Shown here: positions 23,450 to 36,855 of the stretch, piece after piece
How positions within the stretch are numbered: the stretch's first letter is position 1
Layout of the letters: each line of letters opens with the position of its first letter
From: Leptogorgia sarmentosa
Lineage: Eukaryota
Assembly (NCBI GenBank): GCA_964658305.1
Contig: OZ210885.1
Location: 21,204,001 to 21,268,000 of the forward strand
DNA length: 64,000 nt
Direction: 5' to 3'
The notes under the pieces: generated by a model
Databases searched by the model: none
What the model was told of the DNA's origin: nothing
Seen by the model: only the letters and a program-made list of their open reading frames with translations
Translations under genes and position numbers: made by a program

Positions 23450-26262
23450 GCCTGCTTCTCTTTCTTCACTGACCGATAGGCGCGAACTGGTCGATACTTG
23501 GCGCTTAGCGCATCCAGACGAGCGGGGTTATACGTGGTGCCAGGCCAACGGCTCCCAAGCATCCCGACTGGATATCTTTTGGATTTCATCCTCATTACAT
23601 GAACATGTTTCGGAAGTAACCATTCTCCCTTTTTTCCGTTCGGACCATTCTTAAGTCTTCCTCCGTGTGGCCTTTCCATCTTTACCGCAACGTGGTCCTG
23701 GTGTGTGGAAATTCAAAACATCCTTGCTGCGTGATGACACTCTGTGCATGAAGGTCCGTAACTTCTGGGTCTCGTGGCAGTCTGAGAAAGATACTTTTCC
23801 ATCTTTGGCCATTTGATGGGATGCGGGCAAGGCCTGCTTGAAAGAAATCATCAGTCGCTTTTCTCGGATCAAGGCGGTCGAACATGCACGAGTTGGAATA
23901 CACCCTCGAACATCTTCATCAACGGGTTGCTAACGGTGAAGATGTGGCTCATTTAATAAAGGAGGCACGGGATAAGTTAGAGCTTGAGCATCACTATGCA
24001 GCAGAAGGTGCACGCATTCGGGGCAAGGAACAGTGGGCTGAGGACGGTGAAACTTCCTCTGCTTTTTTCTTTCGACAAGAGAAGGTGCGAGCATGCGGCG
24101 CTTGTTCACTGGTATCCGAAACGCTCAAGGAACCATAGTAAGATCTATCTCTGTGATTTTGTGAGTTTGGTGTATTTTTTATGTGCAACTTTTTCCTGCG
24201 TCCATTCAGTCGTTTTTCATAAACAGCTTAGATCGATCTCTGTCTGCAGAGGAAGCCGTGCTTTGTGAAGGAGAGGTCACGCTGCAGGAATACCAGCGTG
24301 CACTGAATTCGTTCAAGCGCAATAAATCTCCGGGTCTGGATGGGCTACCCTATGAGTTTTACCAGTCTTTTTGGGACATTTTGGGTCCTGATCTAGTGGC
24401 AGTCTACAACGATTGCCAGGCACGAGGTGCTCTTTCTTTTTCCCAGCGTACTGGTTTAATCTCCCTCCTGTATAAGAAAAATGATCGACTAGATGTCAAG
24501 AATTGGCGACCAATTTCTCTCTTGTGTACCGACTACAAAATCTTGTTCAAGGTACTCACAAATCGCCTTAAAACAGTTTTGTCCTCTGTCATTTCCGAAT
24601 CCCAAGCCTGTGGTGTTTCGGGTCGTTTTTCAGGTCTGAATGTCAGGGCACTGCAGGATCTAGTTAACTATTGTAATAATAACAATACTGGAGGTGCCAT
24701 CATATCACTGGATCAAGAAAAGGCTTTTGATCGGATTGATTGGGGGTTTATGCTGCGGGTTCTGGAGCAAATGAATTTTGGTCCGTCCTTTCGTGGTTGG
24801 GTCAAGCTCTTATATACCAACATCTTTTCCCGTGTTCTAGTAAATGGGTTCACCAGTGGCGCTTTTAGTGTCACCCAGGGAGTTTGTCAAGGCTGTCCTC
24901 TCTCTCCTTTCTTATACATTATTGTGGCTGAAACCATCTCGTGTGCCATCAAGAAGGATTTAAATGTCGACGGCTTCCAGTTGCCGAATGGGGAGACTAT
25001 CAAAATTTTCCAGTATGCGAACGATACATCTATCATTGTCCATTCGGAGCAGGCCCTCCGGTTGCTCTTCTCACTTTTTGAACGATACGAGCTGGCTTCC
25101 AGGGCAAAGCTTAATATCAATAAAAGCCATGGTCTTCCTTTTTGGGTCCTGGAAGGGCCGGACCGATTTCCCCTCTCTGAGTTGACAGCTCGTACAGGGT
25201 ATTACCTACTCCGACGCACTTCCACTGTTGAGCATCGCTCAGTGGCGAAATGTCGGGACTGGGACATTGTCGTCCCATGGCAGGCTGGGTGGGCCTCGTT
25301 ACACCTTTGGGGCTTTGTGACTGTCCTTCCATGGCATTCTTCCCAAGGCCGATAGTCTGATCCGTTTTGGGATGAGAGTAGACCCACTGGGCTTTTTGGT
25401 GCGCAAGAGAGTTTGCTCTTTATTTACCTCTTGCCCCTTTTCGACATCTGTCATCGACTGGTTCCAGTCAATGTTTCACAAATTCCAGCCGAATGCTCCT
25501 CTGCTACCAGTGAACACCATTCTATTTGGCTTTTCTCCTAATAGCCATGTGCCTGATGTTTTTTCTGCCCTGCTGGGTGTGCTGTGACATCAAATTTGGC
25601 TAAACGGTAATGCACAGCGTTTCGATCATGTTGCCCGAGATGTTACAAACACTCTGAGGAAAGCAAAGACCACCTTTCGCTTTCTGGTGCGCATGCACAA
25701 GCGCCACTGCCCTCAGAGCAGTTTTCTTCTTGAGTGGCTAACTGACGGGCTGAAAGGCACGCTTACAGAGCAAGATTGGATCCGGTTTACACGGGACTTT
25801 ATCACCTAATTCCTCCTTCTTCTCCCTCTTCCTCCTCTCTCTTCCTTTTTTCCTTTTCCTTGTGTTCGATGTTGTGGTCTAGGGGCTCGACGGTCGCCTT
25901 TACTGGTTGTACTGTCGTTGTCCTCTGGGCTAGTTTGTCTTTTCTTTTGTGAAGTGTTTCATGTTGGTTCGTTTTTTCCTCCCATGAAGATCTGGCGGTT
26001 ACCTTCATTGGTTGTACTCCCTGTATCAGATTGGGTTGTCTGTTTGTTCCAATTTTTGCCCTGTGGTTCGCTTCGACTAGTTCCGAGTGGGTTGCACAGG
26101 TTTTGAGCTAGGGGTTGCTGCTCATGTTGTAATCGTCTAGTTTAACATCATCATCTAACCATTTCACCATCATCATTAGGTTAGGGATCCCTGGGTGTGA
26201 AGGTGGATAGCACCGGATCGTTCAGGCCACTCATGGTTGCATCATGACACGGGGGAGGGGCG
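23450..26262 (+). mobile_element. Tx1/L1-clade LINE (copy 2): endonuclease end, RT, internal deletion, zf-RVT, 3' UTR
   Basis: SRLDIFW..SDH; KSPGLDGLP, NWRPISLL, DQEKAFDRI, QGCPLSP, QYAND. From ~25170 onward it is homologous to copy 1. The last ~50 nt of the 3' end are missing. Confidence 0.92.
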
Positions 26263-27214
26263 ACTTGTTTGGGTTTGTTCCTCACCCACTAAGTAGGAGT
26301 ACATATATTGTGCCAGGACAGGAAAGCCGATTGAGCTTCTCTGGAACAGCGCATGGCTTACAATTACACCAGCTAGGTGGAACAACACTCCTTTTGTCGC
26401 ATCTTGATTGGTACCATATTTGGTTCAGTGCCTTCAAACAATCGAGCTTTGACTTGGTTACGGGCCAATGAGTCAGTTTCATTGTACCGCCGTCAAGACC
26501 TTCATTTTTGTATCTGCGCAGCAGATATATTGCTATCGAGTTGTTAGCTGTTAACTGTATTGTAACCGAATTTGTTTGTTAAATCTAATTCAATTTAGCC
26601 AATAGACGACAATGTACATTGAGATGACGTAATTCTCACCGAGCCCACCCGCAAATTTAAGGGAACCAACATGAAGGTGTGCAAAGCAGTTCTTGCGGGC
26701 TAAATATTACAAAATGGCGGCTGATATAGGTGCGAGCTAAAGAGTGGTAATGTGTTTGTCTGTTTGATCGTGGATTTTGTTTCCCATGAATATCCAGATA
26801 AAAAGAAAATATAATGGTCGCAGCGACGAGTGACTTCACTGAAATAGAGGTTAATTTATGAGCGTTTACGCCATTTAGAACACTATTTATACTGAGGAAA
26901 TTTATACGCAAAAATATCATGAGGCAAATTGCAGACATTGGCATTGCTTTTAAAGATATTAATTAAAGAGGTTCGCGTTCGCTATGCAATTTAGATCATC
27001 AAAGCAAAAATATCATGACGCAATTTATACAATTGAACACAGCAAATATTTAAGGTTATGAAAGAGTTTAATGTCTTAGCGTGTCGGCACTGTTGCACTG
27101 ACACACTGTACATGTTTGGACTGCCCACGGTGTCATTGTGATCACGGAATATCTACTATATTTTGACGCTTCGCCATACAGAATGGTTGAAACATTCAAT
27201 CCCAGGAAAATAGA

Positions 27215-30200
27215 TAGTCCATCACCTGAGACCCAAAAATTCGTTGCTAATACTCATCTCAGGAGAACAGATAAGACCGATTCTAAATGAAAGTTTAACT
27301 ATTTAGCTTTCAAAAAATGTCTTGGCGGACATCTAGAATGGTAGCTTTCCTATAGAAATTTGACTTTTAAGAGAGGTGATTGAAATCACTGATAGCCGCC
27401 ATTTTGTCTCCAAGAGGAAACCCCGCATATTCGAAGTCTGAATATTGAAATTTACAATACTTACAGTATTACAATAGTACAATAGTACACGAGCGAGTTA
27501 AGTTTATTAGATATTTAAAGGAAAATCCAATGGATACTTGTGTTATTTGCAATGAAGAGGGAGTTGGTCTCGTGCATTGTAAAGACGCAGAGTCGTGGAC
27601 GAGACTGCATCGTGCGGCAGTCATTAGACAACATCAAACAATTTTAGCATTGTCAACAGGTGAGAGCGAATTTCCAGAATCACCAGTGAAATATCACGTC
27701 TCTTGTAGAAAAGCATTTGTAAACCAGAAAACCTTACAATCCATGACAAGGGAAACTGTACAAAGTAGCGAATCAAGCGACCAACGTAGAGGTAGCATTC
27801 GCAATAAGCAAGCATCAAGTAGTAGCAAGTCGGCAGTACTTCCAGACGTTTGCCTATTTTGTAAGAAAGACAAGTACAAATCAGGGACAAAAACGCGAGA
27901 AAAATTACGCAGAGTACAAGAATTTAGAGCGGATAATACAATAAGAGAAAGCGCATTACAGCACATAAAAAGACATACTAACATGAGTTCCGTTGCTGCT
28001 GAGATTTATAGTATATGTTCAAAGGACTTGATAAGCAGTGAAGCGCGATATCATTCGTCGTGTTACAACTCATTTGTACGCGTAATATACGAGCCTGATG
28101 CCACTTCCGAAAGCTCAGCTAACACTACTGAAAACAAAAACGGGATAGATAAAGCATACAATGCAGTGTATTCTTTCTGTGAAAATTTTATTGCCAACCC
28201 AAGAGTGATTGAGTTTAAAGAAATAAGGAAAGTACTTGCAGACGAGGCAGAGAGGATAGGAGTAACAGTGACGGAGTCCCACTATAAAAACCTGTTGCGT
28301 ATGGTATCAAATAAATTTCAAGAGCTGGAATTTATCAATTATCAACAGAATAAGGTACTTGTGTATCCAATAACGTTAGAGACAGCAAACTTAGCAGTTG
28401 AAAACTATGCACTTAAAACTGAATTAAATGCACTACTTAATCAAACGTCTTTGGATGACGATACTAAAGCCATGATTAATGCAGCGAAAATTCTCAATAA
28501 AAAGATAAAAGCTCATCCCATTCAAATGCCATGGCCCCCTGAAGAAAAAGATCTTAATGCCAATAAGGTGTCGGATTATATCCCTGAGCTACTGGATACC
28601 TTTTGTACCATCCTCATGTCTGGCCAATCCATGGACGCTGACAAAAGTAAGTCTGAACGCACTGTTCGCCTTAAGAATTCATTAGCACAAGATATTGTCT
28701 ACTCGGTCTCCAACGGAGCAATCAAAACGCCAAAAAGTGTCCTTTTACCAGCGGTGATAAAGGCTCTGTGTAACAACACAGAAGTAGTTAAGCTTGTCAA
28801 TAAGTGTGGTCATGGCATAGGGTACAATCTCATTGAAGAAATTGACACGGAATTTGCACTTAGAGTAATCAATGAACAAACCGTGTGCTTATACCAAAGG
28901 AATGTATTCAACCAGACAATCCACCAGTTGCACTCATGATAGCAGACAACATTGATAACTTAGAATGCACGGTCAGCGGAGCGGGTACGTCTCACCGAGT
29001 GAATTCTATTCTTACTCTAAAAAGAAAGCCTCCAGACAATCCAAACGTTGACACTGAGGAATCTGAACAACCTCAGCCTAAACGGAAATGTAAGCGTTCT
29101 TTAGAAGCAGATGTAGTCATAAAGGAGATTCCCGACTACTATGGCGGTGCGCGTGTTGGCCCTGGGGTCCTTTCGCATGTACAATATCTCGGTATTAGAT
29201 CGTCTTACAGAGAGAAGGTAAAGAGGCTTCACATGAAGTACCTCGTTTGGATAGAGGTAAGAAAGCTACGAACACATCCGCTGCTTCTTGTTCCCGGCTG
29301 GACGGGTTTCTTTATCAAGACCAGAGACAACATTGTCATCATTCAGAGCACAATTGGATACCTTGACACATTAGATTCCCCTGTAACCGACCTTAAAACC
29401 GCTTACGTGAAATCAAAGAAACACTCAACTTGAAGGGCGTGGCTTGTGTATTTGATCAGGCATTCTACGCAAAAGGAATGGAGATATTTTGGAAGAACAA
29501 AGCACAGTTTGAAGGCTTAGTAATGATGATGGGCGGATTTCATTTACTAATGACGATAATGGCCATAATTGGAGCCCGCTTTGGCGACGCTGGTCTCAAA
29601 GATGTTGCTGTGCAAAGTGAAGTTGTAGCCAACGGCTCGATAGATAGTGTTCTAAATGGCAAACATTATAACCGTGCTATACGCCTTCATAAGATTATGT
29701 ACGAGGCCACAAGTCAACTACTCATACAAGAATTTGAGCATACGTTATCCGAGAATGACATGGAAATTGTACGTGAGCGTAAGCTGCAGCTGGAACAACT
29801 CAAGCTTAACCTTTGTTATGATGAGCTGGAAAAAGTCCTCAACATCCCCCAAGTACAGCAATGGGAAAATCTCTTCCAGAAATATGTAGACGACCTAAAG
29901 CAAAATGGCAGTGATATGGCAAAATTCTGGCTGTCATACTTAGAACTTTGCGAGCTGCTCCTAGATCTCATCTTTGCTACAAGAACAGGCAACTGGGAAA
30001 TGTATCTCGCTTGCATTGAGGCTGTTATTCCCTGGACTTTTGCCTATGACAGGCAAAACTACTCGAGATATCTACTGCCATTCTTGGATGACATGCGCTC
30101 TTTGCCAACAGCCATACCCGAGGTGTATGATGCCTTTGTTGCCGGCCACTTCAGTGTGCAGATGTCCAAAAACAACCCTTTTGGCCAGAATGAAGCCGAT

Positions 30201-32906
30201 AAAACAATTGAGAATACCATTAATCGAGACTGCAGGGGGGTACATTGGCTTCAGTACGAATTTTGCCGCAACACAAAGATGGGTTCTAAACAACTCTAGG
30301 CGCAGTTCATACATGCACATTCTCCGTGAACATTTATCGCTCGAGCCTAGTGAAAACAAGCCACACAAAGAACTAGCGCCAACGAGAATAAGATCAGATA
30401 TGGAAGCAGTTAGAAGCGTGGTATACTTACTCGAGAATGTCTTATGTAGTCCATGGAGTAGAGGGGCTCAAAGTCTATGTAGTCTCTCTACAGGGCTAGC
30501 AGCTACTGACGACGTCAGAGATGACCTTTTAAAGGCCAATGCTAAGGGGAAGGCTGCCTGCAAAGAGTTTATCAAAGAGAGATGTTCATCCACTTCCACT
30601 CTTGGATTCTTCGATCCACTCAAGAAGCTTAAGCTTAAGTCCTTCAAAGACCTAAAGGCAGTGGCCAAGATCCGCATAAAAGATGCTGTGCTACCTATCC
30701 GCCTAGATCGGGACGTCTTTGCAAGGATGGCGCTGATAAGCCAGTTTAGAAAGATCGACATGCGATTGGTATTTTCGTATCCCCTTGGTCCATTACCCTG
30801 GGCGCTAGCAGATCCATACGGAATGCCACGGAAGACGAACAAAGCGAAACTAGCGCAGCAATTGGAGAAGCAAGTTGAACTCACCCATAGCTACCCACGT
30901 GATGCTACGAGTGTCTATGATGGCATGGCTGAGTTACAGAGTTTTAAGCCACCGTCAGGAGCTACGTTTGCTGTTGTAGCTGATAAGCTCTTCACAGTTT
31001 TAATGAGCACGCCAAGCAAGAGAATTGACGTTGTTTTTGACGTGTACAAGGACGTATCCATAAAGAATGTAGAAAGAGCGAAACGTAAAACTGGATCAGA
31101 TGGGATCGTCTACCAGAATATTTTGCCCGGTTTCCAAGTAAAGAACTGGAGCAAAATCCTGAGTGTCTCCGCTAACAAGGCGGAAATTGTTCGTTTTCTA
31201 GTGGGACAGTGGAAAGAGATGCACTTCCGGAACAGGCTACATGGCAAAACTCTTTTTGTTACTGAAGGAGAAGATTGCTGGAAAATAACATCGACAACGG
31301 CAAGTCTCGTACCAGAACTGAAGAGTAATCACGAAGAGGCCGACACACGTATGGTATTACATGCCCATCACGCAGGAGGCAAGTGCGTCATTCACGCAGA
31401 AGACACAGATGTCCTCGTACTTCTTGTTGGTCATGCCCACGACCTTGGTAGCTGTTTTTTGAAAAAAGGGAAGGCGGCAAAACGGAGAATCGTTGGAGTC
31501 TCAGAAATGGTCAATCGACTAGGAAGACAAGCAGCAGATGATATTACAACCCAAGAAGCTTGTGAAGCTCTCATTGGAATACATGCACTTACTGGATGCG
31601 ACACAGTATCGGCCTTCGCTTCAAAAGGCAAATGGCGTCCAGTACAGCTGGCGCTCAAGCACAAGGCCTATGTCAACGCAATGAAAGACATCGGAAAGGA
31701 ATGGAGCTTAAGTGAGACGACATTCAAAGCAACTGAAGAGTTTGTCTGTCACTTGTACGGCAAAAAGGCCAAAAGTGTAGATTCGTTACGATATGAGCTA
31801 CATTGCGCAAGAGGTGGTAAGATTGAGCCAGAGGCACTACCCCCATGCCAATCATCGCTAAGGCTCCATGTTTCCCGTGCAAACTACCAGGCAGCTGTGT
31901 GGAAAAGAGCTACAGAAGCGTGTCCCGACACACCCTCACCTCATGGGTATGGTTGGAATGTAAACACATCCACCATAGAATTTGTATGGTTGGGATCCCG
32001 GCCCGCACCTGAAGAAGTACTGGAGCTTTTATCCTGCACCTGTAAACGAAAGTGTACAGACGATTCATGCTGCTGCATTAAAGCTGGATTAAAATGCACT
32101 GAGATGTGTTCCCTTAAGTGCAACAACATGGCTGACGAAGAAGATGAAAGAGAGATGACAGAGAGCAATGAAAGTGAAGACGAGGATGTTGATGACGTCG
32201 AATAGAAAAGTTCTACAAGGTAAACCTTGTTAGACATCTACTTAGTTAAATATATCGGGCTAGCATTTAGTAAGCTAACTATATAGAGAGTGGTTTCAAT
32301 TAATCTGTAAAATAGTTAGTAGACTAATACGCACTATGTAACCCCATTTCTATTGTTTTGTTTTGTCTATATCAAACTATTATGCACTGAATATTAGATT
32401 TTGTTTCACGGATTAATTGAAACCACACTATCACGTTGAAAGTGACTGAGTATAGCAAGTAAAGTTAGATCAACTCGATTTTCCTTTATATATATACGTA
32501 CATAACAGTGACAGTTTTTCGAGGGGAACAAATATTTTTTAGACAAATCGCCAGAAAAAGTTCGAAAAAAATTGCTAGTGGATTATCTCTAATGGTTGAA
32601 TTTGAATATATATATATATATAAATGAATCCTTTATACAATTCAAGCAGATATTTTATTGCTTTTGACGGTGTTTCAATTTGCGAAATGATATTGTTTCG
32701 AATATGCGGGTTTCCTCTTGGAGACAAAATGGCGGCTATCAGTGATTTCAATCACCTCTCTTAAAAGTCAAATTTCTATAGGAAAGCTACCATTCTAGAT
32801 GTCCGCCAAGACATTTTTTGAAAGCTAAATAGTTAAGCTTTCATTTAGAATCGGTCTTATCTGTTCTCCTGAGATGAGTATTAGCAACTGGTCAGGTGAT
32901 GGACTA
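27215..32906 (+). mobile_element. Full-length Academ DNA transposon (XPG-nuclease type)
   Basis: ~215-bp near-identical TIRs starting TAGTCCATCACCTGA (27215-27433 and 32697-32906); 3-bp TSD AGA at 27212-27214 and 32907-32909. Confidence 0.92.
27530..32205 (+). pseudogene. Academ polyprotein (~1550 aa): Cys/His N-terminus, transposase, XPG/FEN-like nuclease, Cys-rich C-terminus; three frame disruptions
   Basis: YH..C motifs, ADNID, FDQAFY, MGGFH, D..IE.TINRD; YDGMA, HEEADTR, DTDV, TGCDTVS; CTCKRKC...CCCIKAGLKCTEMC. Breaks near 28885, 29405 and 30232. Confidence 0.88.
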
Positions 32907-33099
32907 AGATTTCGTAGCTTGTAATAAAACAGGTTTGTGCGTTTATTAAGCGCGAGACAAAACAAATGAAATCATATATAGTTTCAAGTATTCTGTTTTG
33001 AACCTACGCGCAATGCGCATACCGATCATACATACACTTTAGCCTACGCAAATGCGCATGGATGGACAGAATATATTGTATATAAATATATTATTATGA

Positions 33100-33471
33100 T
33101 ACGGTATTGAAAAGGGTAAATTTCGTTTTTAGAGAGCCACATTTTTCACAAACAATCGCGAAGCGCTGTGTCTATTTTAAAGACGCAATAACATAAAATG
33201 CGATATCATATGTTGTCAAGTTTCAATTCCTTATGCAATTTGATATATGATCGCGGGAATTCCGGAATGCGAGATAGTCATGAAACAACCTCACGTCTTG
33301 AAAGGAATTAGATTTGTGCTATTCGCCCATTCCCTAGCAGTAAACCATTTTATACATGCAAGATCGCGTGTTAGGGGCAGATAAGATGCGTGTATCGAAA
33401 AGCTGAAAACAAAGAAGACCTGATCATCAGCTACATAGGCGCAGATACAAGTACACTTTGTGTACCTATTT
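33100..33471 (+). repeat. Left arm of a long inverted repeat (partner 44313-44718); IS3EU-like TIR
   Basis: Starts TACGGTATTGAAAAGGGTAAATTT; its reverse complement matches 44313-44718 apart from scattered substitutions and a ~30-nt indel. Confidence 0.85.
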
Positions 33472-34960
33472 TTGAATGAGACACAGAGTTCTTTTCGTAA
33501 GATCTCTCTGGTTTGTTAAGCGATCTTTTATAGAGTTTGACCACGTCCAACCAAAATGTTTCTCTGTCTACGAGCACGTTTTCATCACCTGATATCGCGT
33601 TTCTCTCCACAAATGATTCAATTAAATCTTCTAAGGACAGATTTTCTTCCTCTTCTTCAACTTCCTGCATATCAAGAAGAAGGCATGCTGCGTCATCGAT
33701 AGTAGTGGCAATGGATGCAATTCTCTCAAGGCATAATATCACACTCTGGAATGAATTCATCAATATCCTCTTTGAAGAAGTCTTCGTTTTCCTCTATCTC
33801 GCTATCAATGTTTGTGGCGTGACAGTCTTTAGAATGCTGACGTAAGGCAAATATTGGCACTTGCTTATTACACATTGGATATTCAGTTAATGGGCTAGTG
33901 GGACTGAGTGACAAAGGAGCTTTTTCAACTGATAAAGACTCTTTCATTGGTCGTATATAAATGGTTGTGGTGGCACCAACCATCTCCTTAAGATAAGGCA
34001 CGCTATATCCATTTGATGGGATTGGTACCAGACAAAGAGGCCGTGAATACCCACCACCTTCAGCCCACATTAACTCAAACGCACCATCCTGACTTTAATT
34101 TGGGATATTCAGTTTCTAAGACTGATCTTAACTTTGAAAACATTGCCTGTTTGTCAGTGTGCCCAGGGGCCAGTTGTTCAAAAGCCAGTTAGTTTAATCC
34201 TGGGTTAACTTTAAATTCATCACAAATTCTCCAACAATTTGTTGATGGATTTAAAAATGTTTCTCCGGAAATCTTATCTAGATCATTAAGAGTTTTCTTT
34301 TTTTAAGTTTCCAAGTAAACAGATGTGCAGAAATAGACAAACTAAAGCGCTGGGTTAAATTTAAACCCAAGATTAGCCTTAACCTAGCTTTGAACAACTG
34401 GCCCCTGATGTTTCAGAGATGGGATAATGCTTTGATTGCTGTTAACCAGAAGACAAAAGTCATGCGTCCATGACTTCTTGGGCTGAATAAAGACTACCTT
34501 TTGCTTTTTGAATGGTTGGGGGTTTCGAATAGGTAGCCTTCTACCCCCACCTACAAGGCTGGGAAACGCTAGGCTATCAAAACAAAAGAAACACCTTTTT
34601 ACTATGCTAATGCTAAAGTGTATGGATATTCTATGACAGTATATTTTTATGTTATATTTATATGTAGTGCTGTAAGTATAGCTTCACAAAGCCTGTTTAT
34701 AGATACGTAAATAGAAAAAAAACCTATACCTAAAATCGCGTTGTACCGCTTGATTGAAACTTTGTCTTTGCAATGCTTGTGGCGATGCCGAAAGGAAGAG
34801 TTGATGGATTGGCTGTTATACTTGTGCTTGGTATCGATTCTTGATTTTGCTTAGAAATTTGCGACGATGTTGTTGTTACAGTTGCATGACTTGGTTCACT
34901 CTGATTCCGAATCTGCTCAATGGCAGATTGTAACACAGATACCACATGTTTTCCGCCATT
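33472..34960 (-). pseudogene. N-terminal part of a G2E3/HECT-associated transposon protein, with intron and MITE insertion
   Basis: WTHDFCLL, EYPKL, GYSVPYLKEMVGATTTIYIRP and VDRETFWLDVVKLYK are typical of the region preceding HECT in G2E3-like repeats; cut off at the left inverted-repeat arm. Confidence 0.55.
34167..34404. mobile_element. Harbinger-type MITE
   Basis: TIRs GGGCCAGTTGTTCAAA / TTTGAACAACTGGCCC, flanked by CAG and CTG; non-coding, ~240 bp. Confidence 0.8.
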
Positions 34961-35399
34961 TTGCGAAAAAGGGATGAGGCTTTTATGAAGTACTTAAGTG
35001 GCGGGAAAAGTAGCTGACGAGTTTATACCGTAAGGTTCAACTTGGTGAAATAAAACCGCTGACTACGGAATACGAAATGTGAAATGCGATTCGAAGAAAT
35101 GAAACGAGACTCGACATGCAAAACCAATATTATATGAGGCTACTCCACATCGTAAAACGGCCCTACGATACGTATTAATAATTTTGTCCCCTCCCTAACT
35201 CCATAGCTGAGTGCTCAATTTTATCCAGTGTTATACCTAATCTCACTACACTCGAGTTATTTCCATCACAAAGATAGGAGAAAGTGATCAAGGCATGCAG
35301 TCAACTAGGGAGACCTTTTCAAGTCGCTTCAAAAGCGATTCTTTTCTGTAGACTCCACTGATATCTAAAGCCAGGAGAAGGACAGGGCCAAAGCCTTGG

Positions 35400-35931
35400 C
35401 TTCTTGAACTCTTAGTTCATCATCATGGCAATCACGATTCAACTTCAGCGCAAAATCGCACATTTAGCGACAATTCAAGGGATCAGCCTAATGACGTCTC
35501 CCAATCTGTTCCTTCTCCATCAAAAAAGCGAAGCCTGATGAACTTTTCAAAGCATGTTTCAAGGAGATTGCAGAAAAACACAATGCTCAAGAATCAGGCA
35601 ATTCGGATAGGCAACATGATGAAAGTGCGTGCCTAATGAAAGCTGCAGAAAAAGTCGACCAGTTCATGAAGCTTCGGTTACTACCCAAAAATAAAGACCC
35701 ACTAGAGTGGTGGAGAGAAACGATGCGGTTCCCGTTGTTACACGAACTTGCGCGAAAGCTGTTGTGCACTCCTGCCTCGTCAGTTTTTTCTGAACAAATG
35801 TACTCTGAATATAGAAATATTTTTGAAAACATAATCCGATATCCAGCTGGATTCTGAAAGATATTTGGCCGGATACCGGATATCAGAAATGTTCTATTAT
35901 CCAGCCGGATAAGATATCCGGTGCACCCCTA
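35400..35931 (+). mobile_element. 3' remnant of a hAT transposon (dimerization domain plus right TIR)
   Basis: DPLEWW..RFPLLHELARKLLCTPASSVFSE; subterminal CCGGATA repeats; end GATATCCGGTGCACCCCTA. Confidence 0.85.
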
Positions 35932-36147
35932 GTTTGAGCAATATTCGAGGCCCTCTAACGACTACAGAGATATCACGTCAGGAAGCATTTTGGATCAAGA
36001 GAGCACAAGAGGAAGGAATGAGTGATTCTAAAAACCATGACCAGCCGACAATTTAAAAAAATAAAGTAAGAAACAAATTCCGAAAAAAAAAACAGGACAT
36101 CTTGAGAATACAATATATGATTCAAAACAAGACGCAGTTTGATACTG

Positions 36148-36855
36148 TAAATTTTCGACTCTATTACAAAGTCATCTTCAGACAGAATGAAATACAATAC
36201 TTTACACAACACATATATATATACAACGCAGAGAGAGAGCATGTGCCATGTGGGTGGAAAGAAGGATTATCCAAGCGAAGCGAAACATGATAAAGAAAAT
36301 AGTAATGACTGAAAATGGAAAATTAAGCTATATTTACAACAATGTTTAATATATTAAAAGTATTAAGGTAGAAAGAGAAAAAGAGGAAGACCGGACATGT
36401 AGAAGAAGATACAGTTAAAGTGTTATGTGAACAGTTGTAGTTCTTTACTGGCTTTAAGTCCAGTGTTAAGAAAAGGTTTGTTGTGTTTGATAAGCAGCGC
36501 TTCAAGAAAAGCAAGAATGTTCTAGTTGTTAGATTTTGTAATGTGAAGTATTCTGTAGCTGTTGAAAACAAGGTTTTCAATAGGAGAAGAGTTGTCAGCA
36601 GGCGAAGGAAGATCATTGAGTAATGTGAACTGGTCTTGTAAAGTTGCTAAAAATTGAGCATGTTCACACTCAGAAAAATGTTGCCCCACATTTTCAGTCA
36701 TTACTATTTTCTTTATCATGTTTCGCTTCGCTTGGATAATCCTTCTTTCCGCCCACATGACAGATGCTCTCTCTCTGCGTTGTATATATATGTGTTGTGT
36801 AAAGTATTGTATTTCATTCTGTCTGAAGATGACTTTGTAATAGAGTCAAAAATTT
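36148..36855. repeat. ~168-bp inverted repeat (36148-36317 / 36689-36855) enclosing the Penelope fragment
   Basis: GACTCTATTACAAAGTCATCTTCAGACAG...GTAATGACTGAAAATG occurs once on each strand with few differences. Confidence 0.92.
36320..36690 (-). mobile_element. Penelope-like element 3' fragment (GIY-YIG C-terminus)
   Basis: VGQHFSECEHAQFL...*NILAFLEALLIKHNKPFLNTGLKASKELQLFT* matches the usual Penelope ORF end (E..LI....P.LN). Confidence 0.7.

Noticed and set aside
26262..26550. Possible coding fragment on the minus strand (MKLTHWPVTKSK...CNCKPCAVP)
   Set aside because: Looks protein-like but is short and unassignable without a search.
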